From Squalus acanthias (Eukaryota): 64,000 nt of DNA. Both the position numbers and the translations under genes were made by a program. The stretch covers positions 37,264,001 to 37,328,000 of the forward strand of contig CM059432.1 of assembly GCA_030390025.1 (NCBI GenBank), written 5' to 3'. The notes beneath the pieces were generated by a model. That model saw only the letters and a list, made by a program, of their open reading frames with translations, was not told where the DNA came from and did no database searches. Shown one piece after another: positions 35,223 to 47,266 of the stretch (within the stretch, counting starts at the first letter, position 1; the number at the start of each line of letters is the position of its first letter).

Positions 35223-38200
35223 TAGAATCATAGAATGGTTACAGCACAGAAGGAGGCCATTTGGCCCGTCGAGCCCGTGTCGGCTCTCTGCCAGAGCACT
35301 TCAGCTAGTCCCACTCCCCCGCCCTTTCCCCGTAGCCCTGCAAATTTTTTTCCTTCAGGTACTTATCCAATTCCCTTTTGAAAGCCACGATTGAATCTAC
35401 CTCCACCACCTTCTCAGGCAGTGCATTCCAGATCCTAACCACTCGCTGTGTAAAAAAGTTTTCCCTCATGCCGCCTTTGGTAAATCTGTGTCCTCTAGTT
35501 CCCGACCCTTCTGCCAATGGGAACAGTTTCTCTCTATCTACTCTGTCTAGACCCCTCATGATTTTGAACACCTCTATCAAATCTCCTCTCAACCTTCTCA
35601 GCTCTAAGGAGAAAAACCCCAGCTTCTCCAGTCTATCCACGTAACTGAAGTCCTTCAGCTCTGGAACCATTCTTGTAAATTTTTTCTGCACCCTCTCTAA
35701 GGCCTTCACATCCTTCCTAAAGTGCGGTGCCCAGAATTGGACACAATACTCCAGTTGAGGTCAGATCAGTGTTTTATAAAGTTTCATCATAACTTCCTTG
35801 CATTTGTACTCTATGCCTCGATTTTTGAAGCCCAGGATCCCGTATGTTTTTTTAACAGTTTTGTCAACCTGCCCTGTCACCTTCAACGATTTGTACACAT
35901 ATACCCCCAGGTCTCTCCGTTCATGAGTTTAGCTTATATAGCCTCTCCTCATTCTTCCTACCAAAATGTATCACTTTGTACTTTTCTGTGTTGAATTTCA
36001 TCTGTCACATGTCCGCCCATTCCACCAGCCTGTCTATGCCCTCTTGAAGTCTATCACTATCCTCCTCACTGTTCACTATACTTCCAAGTTTTGTGTCATC
36101 TGCAAATTTTGAAATTGTGCCCTGTACTCCCAAGTCCAAGTCATTAATATATATCAAGAAAAGCAGTGGTCCTGGTACCGACACCTGGGGAACACCACTG
36201 TGTACCTTCCTCCAGTCCAATAAACAACCGTTCAACTAACCTCTGTTTCCTGTCACTTAGTCAATTTTGTATCTGTGCTGCCACTGTCCCTTTTATTCCA
36301 TGGGCTTCAACTTTGCTGACAAGCCTATTATGTGGCACTTTATCAAACGCCTTTTGGACGTCCATGTACACCACATCAACCACATTGCCCTCATCAACCC
36401 TCTCTGTTACCTCATCAAAAAACTCAATCAAGTTAGTTAAACACAATTTGCCTTTAACAAATCCGTGCTGGCTTTCCTTAATTAATCCCCTCTTGTCCAA
36501 GTGACTGTTAATTTTGTCCCGGATTATCGTTTCTAAAAGCTTCCCCACTACCGAGGTTAAACTGACTGGCCATAGTTGCTGGGTTTAACTTTACACCATT
36601 TTTTGTCGAAGGGTGTAACATTTGCAATTCTCCAGTCCCCTGGCACCACCCCCATATGTAAGGAGGATTGGAAGATTATGGCCAGTACCTCCGCAATTTC
36701 CGCCTTTACTTCCCTCAGCATCCTAGGATGCATCCCATCCGGTCCTGGTGACTTATCTACTTTAAGTACAGCCAGCCTTTCTAGTACCTCCTCTTTATCA
36801 ATTTTTATCCCATCTAGTATCTCAACTACCTCCTCTTTCACTTTGACTTTGGCAGCATCATCTTCCTTGGTAAACATAGATGCAAAGTACTCATTTAGTA
36901 CCTCAGCCATGCAGTCTGCCTCCATGCGTAGGTCTCCTTTCTGGTCCCTAATTAGCCCTACCCCTCCTCTTACTACCTGTTTACTATTTATATGCCGATA
37001 GAAGACTTTTGGATTCCCTTTTATGTTAGCTGCCAATCTATTCTCATACCCTCTCTTTGCCCCTCTTATTTCCTTTTTCACTTCTCCTCTGAACTTTCTA
37101 TATTCAGCCTAGTTCTCACTTGTATTCTCAACCTGACATCTGTCATACGCCCCCTTTTTCTGCTTCATCTTACTCTCTATCTCTTTTGTCATCCAGGGAG
37201 CTCTAACTTTGGTTGCCCTACATTTCCCCCTCATGGAAATGTACCTCGACTGTACCCAAACCATCTCTTAAAAGGCAGCCCATTGTTCGATTACAGTTTT
37301 GCCTGCCAATCTTAGATTACAATTTACCCGGGCCAGATCCATTCTCAAGCCACTAAAATTGGCCTTCCTCCAATTAAGTACATTGCGCCCAGTCCTTTTC
37401 CATAGCTAATCTAAACCTTATGATACTATGATCACTGTTCCCTAAATGTTCCCCTACTGACACTTGCTCCACTTGACCCACCTCATTCCCCATAACCAGA
37501 TCCAGCAATGCCTCCTTCCTTGTTGGGCCGTAAACGTACTGATCAAGTAAGTTCTCCTGAACACACTTCAGAAATTCTTCCCCCTCTCTGCCCTTTACAC
37601 TATTACTATCCCAGTCTATATTAGGATAGTTGAAGTCCCCCATTATCACTACTCTATAGTTCTTGCACCTCTTTTCCCTGCAAATATGCTCCTCTATATC
37701 CTTCCCACTAGATTACACCTAGTAGTGTAATGGCACCTCTACATGCTCCTCTATATCTTTCCCACTAGAATACACCTAGGAGTGAAATGGCACCTCTATT
37801 GTTTCTTAACTCTAACCAAACAGATTCTGTCCTTGACCCCTCCAAGACATCCTCTCTCTCCAGCACTGTAACATTCTCCTTAACCAATACTGCCACCCCA
37901 CCTCCTTTCTTTCCTTTCCTATCTTTCCAGAACACCTTATATCCAGGAATATTTAGCACCCAATCCTGCCCTTTTTTGAGCCAGGTCTCCGTTATCGCCA
38001 TGTCATCATATTCCCATGTGGCTATTTGCGCCCGCCTTATTTACCACGCTTCATGCGTTTACACACATGCACTGTAAACCTCTCTTAGACCTTCTTGTAT
38101 TCTCTCTTAGTCTGACACCACCTAATACCATACTATTTCTTACTCTAGTGATATCTGTCTCTCCCAATCCTTTGTGCACCTTGTTACTCCTTTCTAATGC

Positions 38201-39189
38201 TATATTCTGCTGCTCATCCCCCTGTCAAATTAGTTTAAACCCTCCCCAACAGCACTAGAAAACCTTCCCCCCACCAGCCCGCCCCCCCCCTCCCCCTCCC
38301 CACCACAAGGATATTGGTCCCGGTTTTGAGGTGCAACCTGTCAGGCCTGTACAGGTCCCACCTCCCCCAGAACCGGTCCCAATGTCCCAGGAATCTAAAG
38401 CCCTCCCTCCTACACCATCTCTTCAGCCACAAATTCATCTGCTCTATCCTCCTATTTCTATACTCACTAGCTCATGGCACCGGGAGTAATCCGGAGAATA
38501 CTACCTTTGAAGTCCTGCTTTTTAACCTTTTTCCTAGCTCCATAAGATCTGCCTGCAGGACCTCATCCCTCTTTCTACCTATGTTGTTGATACCGATATG
38601 GACCACGACCTCTGGCTGGTCACCCTCCCCCCTCAGAATGTTCTGCAGCCGCTCAGTGACATCCTTGACCTTGGCACCAGTGAGGCACCCTGATACCATC
38701 CTGGAATTACGTCTGTGACCGCAGCAACACCTGTCTGTTTCCCTAACTATTGAATCCCCTATCACTATTGCTTTCCCAATCTTCCTCCTCCCCCCCTGTA
38801 CAGCTGAGCCACCCGTGGTGCTGTGGACTTGGCTCTGGCTGTACTCCCCAGAGGAACCATCGCCCTCACCACCGGTTAGAGAGTGAGATGCACTCAGGGG
38901 ACTCCTGCCTGGTTCTCCTTGTCTTTCTGGTGGTCACCCATTCCCTCTCTGCCTGTAAACTCTTACACTGCGGCGTGACCACCTCTTGAAACATGCTATC
39001 CACGTAGCTCTCAGCCTCACGGATGCACTGCAGTAACGCCAGCTGCTGCTCAAGCTCTGAAACCTGGAGCTTGAGCTCCTCCAGCTGATGGCACTTCCTG
39101 CACACGTGGTTGTCCAGGACACAGGAAGTGTCCTGGAGTTCCCACATGGCACAAGATGTGCATTCCACGGGTCTGAGATGCCCTGCCAT
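35223..39189 (-). mobile_element. CR1 LINE, ORF1 plus ORF2, frameshifted
   Basis: ORF1 zinc finger CTSCAMWE..HVCRKC, coiled coil and SGNH esterase (GDSIVR, VVVHIGINN); ORF2 EN (AITETWL, GDFNYP, SDH) and RT (FADDTK); ATTCTATG tail. Confidence 0.93.
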
Positions 39190-39799
39190 GCATTGGTTCC
39201 CTTTTATTATTGCTGCAGTACCTTATATGGCACTGTCCCTTTAGTGGCTTTTGAATTGCCGGGACTTGCCTTTTCCTTTCTGTCCCTGTATCAACAACTG
39301 GGGCTCCATCATGCCTCACCTGTGCCCGTTTTTGGGGCACAACGGAGTCAGACTGTTACCTCGATCCCGTTTACACTTCCTGCTTCAATGTCCTTCCTTG
39401 GTATCTTATTCCAAAACTCTATGGTTCTTTGGATAAAAAAGGTTTGTGCTGACTTATCTTCTTACTCCGAGATTCCTCATTTTTAGCTTGTGTCCCCTGG
39501 GATTTGAACCATTCACTACAGGGAACTAATTTCCCAGATCAGTTTTGTCAGAAACTTTCATTCTGTCACCTTGTAGTCTGCTCTTTTCTAAAGGAAACAG
39601 ATCCAACTTCTTCAATCTTTCCTCATAAATGAAATTCCTGATACCCAGATTCATCTGCACTTCAGGTCAATGATACCTGTCTTGTGATTAGGTGCCCAGA
39701 AAATTCTCACAGTACTGCAGACATCGATGTCAACTCCACTGATTTAAGCCAGCAGAAGGACAAATGTTGAGAAGGAATGACACCAATGGGTCTTGGACC

Positions 39800-40126
39800 C
39801 AGTACAGAAACTATTTCCTCTGGTGGGAGAGTCCAGAACAAGGGGGCATAGCCTTAAAATTAGAGCTAGGCCATTCAGGTGTGACGTCAGGAAACACTTC
39901 TTCACACAAAGAGTAGTGGAAATTTGGAACTCTGTCCGCCAGAAAGCTGTTAAGGCAAGGTCAATTGAAAATTTCAGAACTGAGACTGATAGGTTTTAGT
40001 TAGGTAAGGGTATTAAGGGATATGGAACCAAGGTAGGAAAATGGAGTTGAGGTACAGATCAGCTATCATCTAATTGAATGGCGGAACATGCTCAAGGGGC
40101 TGAATGGCCTACTTCTGTTCCTATGT
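39800..40126 (+). mobile_element. CR1 LINE 3' end
   Basis: KLFPLVGESRTRGHSLKI..FFTQRVVEIWN. Confidence 0.8.
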
Positions 40127-40345
40127 TTTTCCCCACTTCCCTTGAACCCACAAGCATCTCACTGACATCAAGTTGTGGATGAGTCCAAATTTCCTCCAAA
40201 TGAAAGTCAGGAAGACCGAAACCATCATTCTTGGCCTCCACCATGAACTCCATCCCCTTGCCGCTGCTCCATCCCACTCCCTCACCGCATACTTAAGTTG
40301 AATCAGACCACGTAAAAACTTCCCATCTTGTCTAACCCAGAGCTG

Positions 40346-40680
40346 TGTCAGCCTTGGCTCAGTGCTAGTCCGCTCATCTCTGAGTCTGAAGGTCATGAGT
40401 TCAAGTTCCCCTAGAGACTTGAGCACATAATGTAGGCTGACACTTCAGTACATTACTAAGGGAGTGTTGCACTGTCAAATGAGACATTAAACTGAGGTCC
40501 TGCCTGCTTAGGTGGATCTAAAAGATCCCACGGTACTATTTGGATAAGAGCATGGGTGATTTCCTGATATCCTGGCCTGTATTTATCAACACCACCAAAA
40601 ATAGATTAGCTTCAAAAATAATTAATTGGCTATGAAGTGCTTTGGAACATGAAAGATATAAATACAATTTTTTTCTTTCC
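40346..40680 (+). mobile_element. DeuSINE (SacSINE1-like), internally deleted, inside an L2-like fragment
   Basis: TGGCTCAGTG / GAGTTCAAGT boxes and Deu core ATTAAACTGAGGTCCTG..AAAGATCCC. Confidence 0.7.
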
Positions 40681-42312
40681 AGCTGAGTTTCAAGCCCCAT
40701 CTCCTATTCCACACCAACACCACTTATATCCACCTCCACAACATCTGCCCCTACCTCTGCTGAAACCCTTATCCACACTTTTGTCACCTCCAGACACATG
40801 ACAAAGTCTTTGGTCACCTCTCCTAGCCTCTCCTACTTTGACTTGTTCCTTTTTAAAAAATCTTTTCTTCTTGGTGTAAAGCTCATTGAGACGTTTTCTA
40901 CATAGAATATGAATGTAAATTGTTAATGTTGTTAATGATTTCAGGAGCTGGGGTTCCAGGCCTAAAAGAGATTCACACAAAAATGAACCGTTTTGATTGG
41001 AGAACATGCATGATCTAGGTCTTTGAAATGGTGCAAGCTGTGTATAATATAGCTAAAAGAAAAACTCTGGAAAGTTAAGAGGTAATCTAATTGAAATGTC
41101 TAAAATGATATAGAGATTCGATAGTGTAGATACAGAGAAGTTATTACAACTCAAACTTTGGGAAATCCTTCCATTTGGAAAATCCTAGGGCTCTTTCCTA
41201 TAATCTCTCCCGCCCTTGCAAATATGGCATCAGTCACCTGTTTGATGCATTGGTGCACTGCAGATTGACTGATGCTACTGCCACCCCTTGCTGCCAGCCT
41301 GGAGGAAGGCAAAAAGGTTCAGGGCTGCCGTGACCTTCTCTGTCGTTGACAGTGCTAAGCTTGCTCTAGAGTTCGACTGGACGCATCATTGTGTCTTTTC
41401 TGTGTCAATTAACAACCTGTTCGTGGGAGGAGCTTCCTCTGCCCGCCGGAAATGTGCACATGGGCCGGAGAGCCGGCACTACCGTCCTCGCCTATTTTTC
41501 ATGATGTTCCACCCTCTGACTGGGCACGGGGTTTAATGGCAAAGAAAATCAACCTCCTCTCTTCTCCTTTTCGCTGGTTGTTTCCTATCTTTAAACTGAT
41601 CCCTTTTCCCTGTGCCCTCTTTCCTTGATTTCCCCTTGAAGTGATCTCTGTTTATCACTGTTAATCTCGCTTTAATTTATCTGTCGCTCTACAGTCTTCT
41701 CTCTATCCCTCTTTCTATTTCTCTCTCTCTCTGCCCCTCTTTCTATTTGACTTTATCTGTACCTGGCTGTCTCTCTGTCTCGTTCTGTTTCTGTCCCTTT
41801 TCTCTCTCTCTCTCCCTTCTCTGTTTTCTCACCGTCTTCCCTCTGTCATTCTGTCTCTCAACCTCGCAGTCTCTCTGTTTTCTGTCTCCTCCTTTCCATC
41901 AATTCCTTTCCAACTCGCTCACCCAGCCCTCTTTTCCACCCAGTTCTGACTGACACCAGCGTCTTGTTGCCTGGGTCGCATTAATAAAATAATCACGTCC
42001 CCCCTGCTCCTGTCTCCAGCTCCCGACCAACATCTTCTAACTCCCCATGGTGGAGAGGGGAAAGGGACACATTTAAGATTCTTTCCGCATTTCCCTCGCG
42101 ATCTATAATGGGCGCGTTGCTAAACGATTCGAGCTGATGCATTTTGAAGGCAAACGAATGACTGACACATTCAGACAGCCCCGTCCAAGTGTAGCTTCCA
42201 GAGCAGCATAGAGCACCTTCAAAGGATGAGACGGGAGCGGAATGGCACCGCTCTTGCTCCAGAACCCGAGCACTCCCTCCCGCCCCATGCAAACCCACAT
42301 TCATTAATTCGG

Positions 42313-42790
42313 CGTGTGTGAGAGTGAGTGTAAGCGATTGAATGTGTGAGTGTAGTCCGTGAGTGAGTGTGAATGAGAATAAGTGTGTCAGAGTGAGTGT
42401 ATGTATGTTTGTGTGAATGAGTGTGTGTGTGAACGTGTGTGTGAATGAATGAGTGTGTGCGTGAATGTGTGTGTGTAAATGAGTGTGTGAGTGAGTGTGT
42501 GTGAATGAGTGTGTGTGAATGTGTGTGTGTGTGTAAATGAGTGTGTGAGTGAGTGTGTGTGTGTGTGAATGAGTGTGTGTGTGAATGAGTGTGAATGTGT
42601 GTGTGTAAATGAGTCTGTGAGTGAGTGTGTGAATGTGTGTGTGTGAATGAGTGTGTGTGTGTGAATGAGTGTGTGTGTGAATGAGTGTGAATGAGTGTGT
42701 GTGTGAATGTGTGTGTGTGAATGAGTGTGTGTGTGTGTGAATGAGTGTGAATGTGTGTGTGTGTGAATGAGTGTGTGTGTGTGTGAATGT
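42313..42790. repeat. Complex (GT)n / GTGAATGA microsatellite
   Basis: Directly visible. Confidence 0.95.
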
Positions 42791-43339
42791 TCTCTCATCC
42801 ATTCATACCAACAACACCCCCCCCCCCCCCCACATGAAACGCTAACAATGAGAACGCCGAGCTGCACGCGGGGCTGTCTGTCTGTCTGTCTCTCTGTCTG
42901 TCTGTCTATCTGTCTGTTTGAATCAACTCAGATTAATAATCCAGGTTACAGAGTGTAAACCGATTACTGTAATACTGCTTTATAGACGATGCACCCCCAC
43001 TCCCGGCAACTGCATCGAAGCCGCAGAAAGCCCCGGGGTTAGACTGGGGGTGTGTGTGTGAATGTTTGATGTGGAGTTAAGACTAGAAACAGCAAGGGCG
43101 CGTCATCGCTACGTCTGCAGCAGATAGACTTTGGTACCGAGAGAGAGATCCACAGATTAATTAGATTCTCATCTTCTCCAACAGTGTGGACCCAGGCCCT
43201 CGTCCTTCCCCTCCCCCTCCCCCAAAAAATCCAAACGGATTTTAAAAAATGAAGACCTGCAGCATTTAAAAAAAAATCACGACAGACAGACGCTGGAAGT
43301 TCGGTTCCTTGTGAGAAGAGAGAATCGAGATATTCCAGC
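42790..43339 (+). promoter_or_regulatory. Probable CSPG5 promoter / 5' UTR region
   Basis: Sequence without recognisable TE homology and relatively CpG-rich, directly upstream of the CSPG5 ATG. The TSS cannot be placed from sequence. Confidence 0.45.
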
Positions 43340-43445
43340 ATGGGAATGAGGGATGAGCCCGAGCTCCGCGCTACTCTGGGCTGGAAGCTGCTTCTGCTAC
43401 TATGTTGGGCTTTCTCAGTCCAATTGCTGACAGCGGCTGTTGCTG
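43340..43445 (+). CDS. CSPG5: CSPG5 (neuroglycan C/CALEB) first coding exon, signal peptide
   Basis: ATG in strong Kozak context (agcATGG). Encodes MGMRDEPELRATLGWKLLLLLCWAFSVQLLTAAVA plus 1 nt, a hydrophobic signal peptide. Ends at donor G|GTGAGT; phase 1 matches the acceptor at 54135. Not in the ORF track (too short). Confidence 0.82.
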
Positions 43446-43934
43446 GTGAGTAACTGATAACTTGTGGCAATAATTTACAGGGACCGATCCCTGCAGGTTA
43501 CGGTGAGTGTGGGGGTCTGTTCGCCCAGCTTCGATCTCCACTAGACACCCACCACCGCTCATGACCCGCCGAGCGGGAGCTGTCTTTCCATCTAGTTTTA
43601 CTGTATACAATCTAATATATTTGGTTAAACGGCTGATGCCAATAGTCTTTAAATGCTTCTACAGTCCACCCTGCTGTAAATAGGAAACAGGGAGGGAGCT
43701 TCAACGAGATTGCAATGCAATGTGGAGGAATAATTTAAAGAGGGAGGGGGAGGAGGGGGTTCGACAGACAACGTATGCATGGAAGGGACGAAGAGCAGCC
43801 CCACCTCGTACAAATAATGCATTTGAAATAATCAGACGGGTGAAAGACCCATCACAGGCTCCACTGTGAGATCCTTTAATTAAAAAACCTGCAATTTCCA
43901 GACATTGGTTTTTTGCTCCAGTCTTGTGCTGGGC

Positions 43935-44480
43935 TATTGGATAATATATAGATTGGGTAATGTAGATTGTATATTGATTGGGTATTATAGATTGCATACA
44001 GATTGTATATAGGTTGGGTAATACGGATTATGTGATCTATATTATATATAGATTGGGTGATATAGATTGCGTGATCAATATTATATACCGGTTGGGCAAT
44101 ATAGATTGTTTATAGATTTGGTAATATAGATTAGAAAATATAGATTGCATATATATAGGGTAATATATAGTGTGCAGATTAGATACTGTTTATTTTATAT
44201 AGGTTGGGTAATGCAGATTGTATATAGGTTGGATAATATAGATTGTGTATATGTTCGATAATGTAGATTGCATATTGATGGGGTAAAGTAGATCATATAT
44301 AGATTGGGTGATATAGATTGTATATAGATATGGTAATATAGCATGTATATAGATAGGGCGATATAGATGTTATATAGGTTGGTAATATATAGTATATAGA
44401 TTGGTAATAGATTTTATATATACCGGGGTGTCTATATTAGATTGGTGATATGGATTGTATATAGGGTGTATACAGATTAT
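43935..44480. repeat. Degenerate AT-rich minisatellite (ATATAGATTGGGTAATATAGATTGT-like)
   Basis: Recurring TAGATTG / GGGTAAT units. Confidence 0.8.
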
Positions 44481-45124
44481 GGAGATAGGTGTAATATTGC
44501 ATATTTGTGACTGTTAACACAAAGCCTGATTTCAGCGCGCTGTGATGTCCCCTCTTCTGAAACACTCTTGACGGAGAAGGCAGCCAACAGCTTGGTGCCG
44601 TTTTGTTCTCTTTCTTGCTGCTGTGTCGGAATCCGCCGGTTAAGATGTCTGCTCTGGGCTGGGCAGCGATTTCTTTCTCTTTTGCAGTCAACCTCTCTTA
44701 GTTTTTTTTTGCTGAATCGGAGCCATCTCATCCTTAAAAGGGAAACGAAAGAGCCCGGCGTGGAGAGGAGGGGAGACCGCAGTCCTTGGCTGATATACAT
44801 TTCAAGTAACATGTATCTCTACATGTCAGTAAATATATCTCTATACATGTCAGTACATCTTATACACAACGCACGATGTAGATTGTACAGCTTCAAGCAG
44901 CTATAGGACTCAAAACGTTGTGCTTGTGCAAATTGTGTTTATATGACCATTACAAGCATTACAAAATGTATACATACACATATATAGTACATACATTTGC
45001 TACATATATGGATTTGTATATATTACAAATAATCTACATACACATCACAGATACTTACGTTACAAATCTATACTTTACATATAGATAGACACAGTATGAA
45101 TATTATAGATAGATGTTGTATGCG

Positions 45125-45346
45125 GATGTAGTATACAGTGTCCACCTTATACACAGATGCAGTATACAGTGTGCACATTATATACAGGTGTAGAATACAA
45201 TGCGTTGGTTATATACAGATGTAGTCTAGTGTGCACATTATATACAGATGTAGTCTACAGTGTGCACATTATATACAGATGTAGTCTAGTGTGCACATTA
45301 TATACACATATAGTCTACAGTGTGCACATTATATACAGTATATACA
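45125..45346. repeat. ~29-31 bp minisatellite (ATTATATACAGATGTAGT..GTGTGCAC)
   Basis: Tandem units, same family as 50879-51432. Confidence 0.85.
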
Positions 45347-45631
45347 GGACATAGGCATATAGGAACAAGAGTAGGCCATTTAGCCCCTTGAGCCTGTTCT
45401 GCCATTCAGTGAAATCATGGCTGATCTGCAGCCTAACTCCATGCACCCGCCTTTGCCCCCTATCCTTTAATATCTTTGGTTAACAAGAATCTATCGATCT
45501 CAGATTTAAAATTAACAATTGATCTAGCATCAATTGCCATTTGCGGAAGAGAGTTCCAAACTTCTGCCTCCCTTTGTGTGTAGAAGTGTTTCCTAATTTC
45601 ACTCCTGAAAGGTCTGGCTCTAATTTTTAGA

Positions 45632-46255
45632 GGTCGCACAACACCAGGTTATAGTCCAACAGTTTTATTTGAAATCACAAGCTTTCGGAACTATCGCTCC
45701 TTCCTCAGGTGAAGTAAATTGGATACAGAATCGTCAGAGCATATATAGATGGAAAAAAAAGCATGTGTACTTTACAATTGCAGACCAATAAATTAAATCA
45801 TCCTGACTATCTGCCGAGGTGTGATAAAGTTAATTAAGTCAGCCAGGAAGGTACCACATCAAAAGACATAGCAAGATACAACTGAGACAATGAGGTGAAG
45901 TCGCAGGGGTTCTAACGTGTCAAAAGCTGCCGTCTGTATGTAAAACGAAAAGCTTTAAAAAAAAAAAAAAAAATTTACTTTTTTACTGGGAAAATTTTTA
46001 CTTTTTTACTGGGAATCACATCTGTGAACAAGCTAACGACGACTCGAGTCCGGATCACGTCATGTATCGTGACATAAACCCAAGATCCCGATTGAGACCG
46101 TCTTCATGAGTGCAGAACTTGGCTATCAGTTTCTGCTCGATGATTTTGCGTTGTCGTGTGTTTCTAAGGTTGCCTTGGAGAACGCTTACCCGCAGATCCG
46201 AGGCTGAATGTCCTTGACTGCTGAAGTGTTCCCCGACTGGGAGGTAACAATCCTT
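45632..46255 (-). mobile_element. Penelope-like element, 5'-truncated (GIY-YIG C-terminus plus terminal repeat)
   Basis: 46243-46055 (-) reads LPVGEHFSSQGHSASDLRVSVLQGNLRNTRQRKIIEQKLIAKFCTHEDGLNRDLGFMSRYMT*; TSD TTTTTAGA (45624-45631 / 46256-46263). Confidence 0.85.
45675..45712 (-). ncRNA. Minimal type-I hammerhead ribozyme motif (Penelope-associated)
   Basis: Minus strand UCAC-CUGAGGA-A-GGAGC-GAUA-GUUCC-GAAA-GC-UU-GUGA: both core boxes, stem I, stem II and a palindromic AAGCUU stem III. Confidence 0.75.
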
Positions 46256-46409
46256 TTTTTAGACCATGCCCCCTAGTCCTAGAATCCCCAACAAGAGAAA
46301 ATAGTTTCTCTCTATCTACCCTTTCTGTTCCCCTTAATATCTTGAAAACTGTGATCAAATCATCCCTTAGCCTTCTAAATTCTAGGGAATACAACCCTAA
46401 TTTGTGTAG

Positions 46410-46537
46410 AACAAAAGCAAAATACTGCGGATGCTGCAAATCTACGATCGGTCATCGACCTGAAACGTTAACTCTGTTTCTCTCTCCACAGATGCTGCCT
46501 GACCTATTGAGAATTTCCAGCATTTTCTGTTTTTATT
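46410..46537. mobile_element. Penelope-like terminal fragment of a second family, partly inverted
   Basis: 14 bp TSD CCTAATTTGTGTAG. The first ~34 bp are the reverse complement of the family tail seen at 53764-53797. Confidence 0.65.
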
Positions 46538-46878
46538 CCTAATTTGTGTAGTCTCTCCTCGTAATTTAACCCTTGGAGTCCGAGTTTCATTCTGGTAAAT
46601 CTACTCTGAACTCCCTCCAAGGCCAATATATCCTTCCTAAGGTGTGGTGCCCAGAACTGCTCACAGTACTCCAGGTGTGGTCTAACCAGGGTTTTGTACA
46701 GCTGCAGCATAACTTCTACCCCCTTGTATTCTAGTCCTCTAGATAGAAAGGCCAGCATTCTATTAGCCTTTTTGATTATTTTCTGTACCTGTTCATGACA
46801 TTTTAATGATCCATGTACCTGGACCCCCAAGTCTCTTTGGACCTCCACTGTTTTTAGCCTTTCACCATTTAGAAAGTA

Positions 46879-47266
46879 CAGGAAACTCTGGTTTAAACGG
46901 CACCTAAATATCCGGAATTCTCTATTAACCGGCAAAATTCATACTCTGAAAACAACACCTCAATAACCGGAATTGTTGCCGAGTCCGAGTCTCCCGCGGT
47001 GACCGAGTTAGTCAGTGGGGGTAGTTCTCCAAACTGCTACTACTCGGCTTCTTGGCGCTGTCGGAAGTCCGAACACCTCAATAACAGGAGTCTGACTCTC
47101 CCGCGCTGCCGGGAGTACCCAATTACTGTATACTGCACATTTCTTGATTTTTAAATTTTTGTTTGTTAAAAATAGTCTTGGTAGATAACCCTCTCCGTCA
47201 TCCGGAATTTTTAATCAACCGGCAGCATCCCGGTCCCATCGATGCCGGATACCAAAGAGTTTCCTG
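46879..47266. mobile_element. Tigger/pogo-like MITE (388 bp)
   Basis: TIR CAGGAAACTCT / AGAGTTTCCTG, TA TSD. The empty site GAAAGTACCCTGTTCT is present in the sister CR1 copy at ~61295. Confidence 0.85.

Noticed and set aside
41993..42867. His/Thr-rich ORFs (269 aa, 159 aa)
   Set aside because: Translations of the (CA)n microsatellite.
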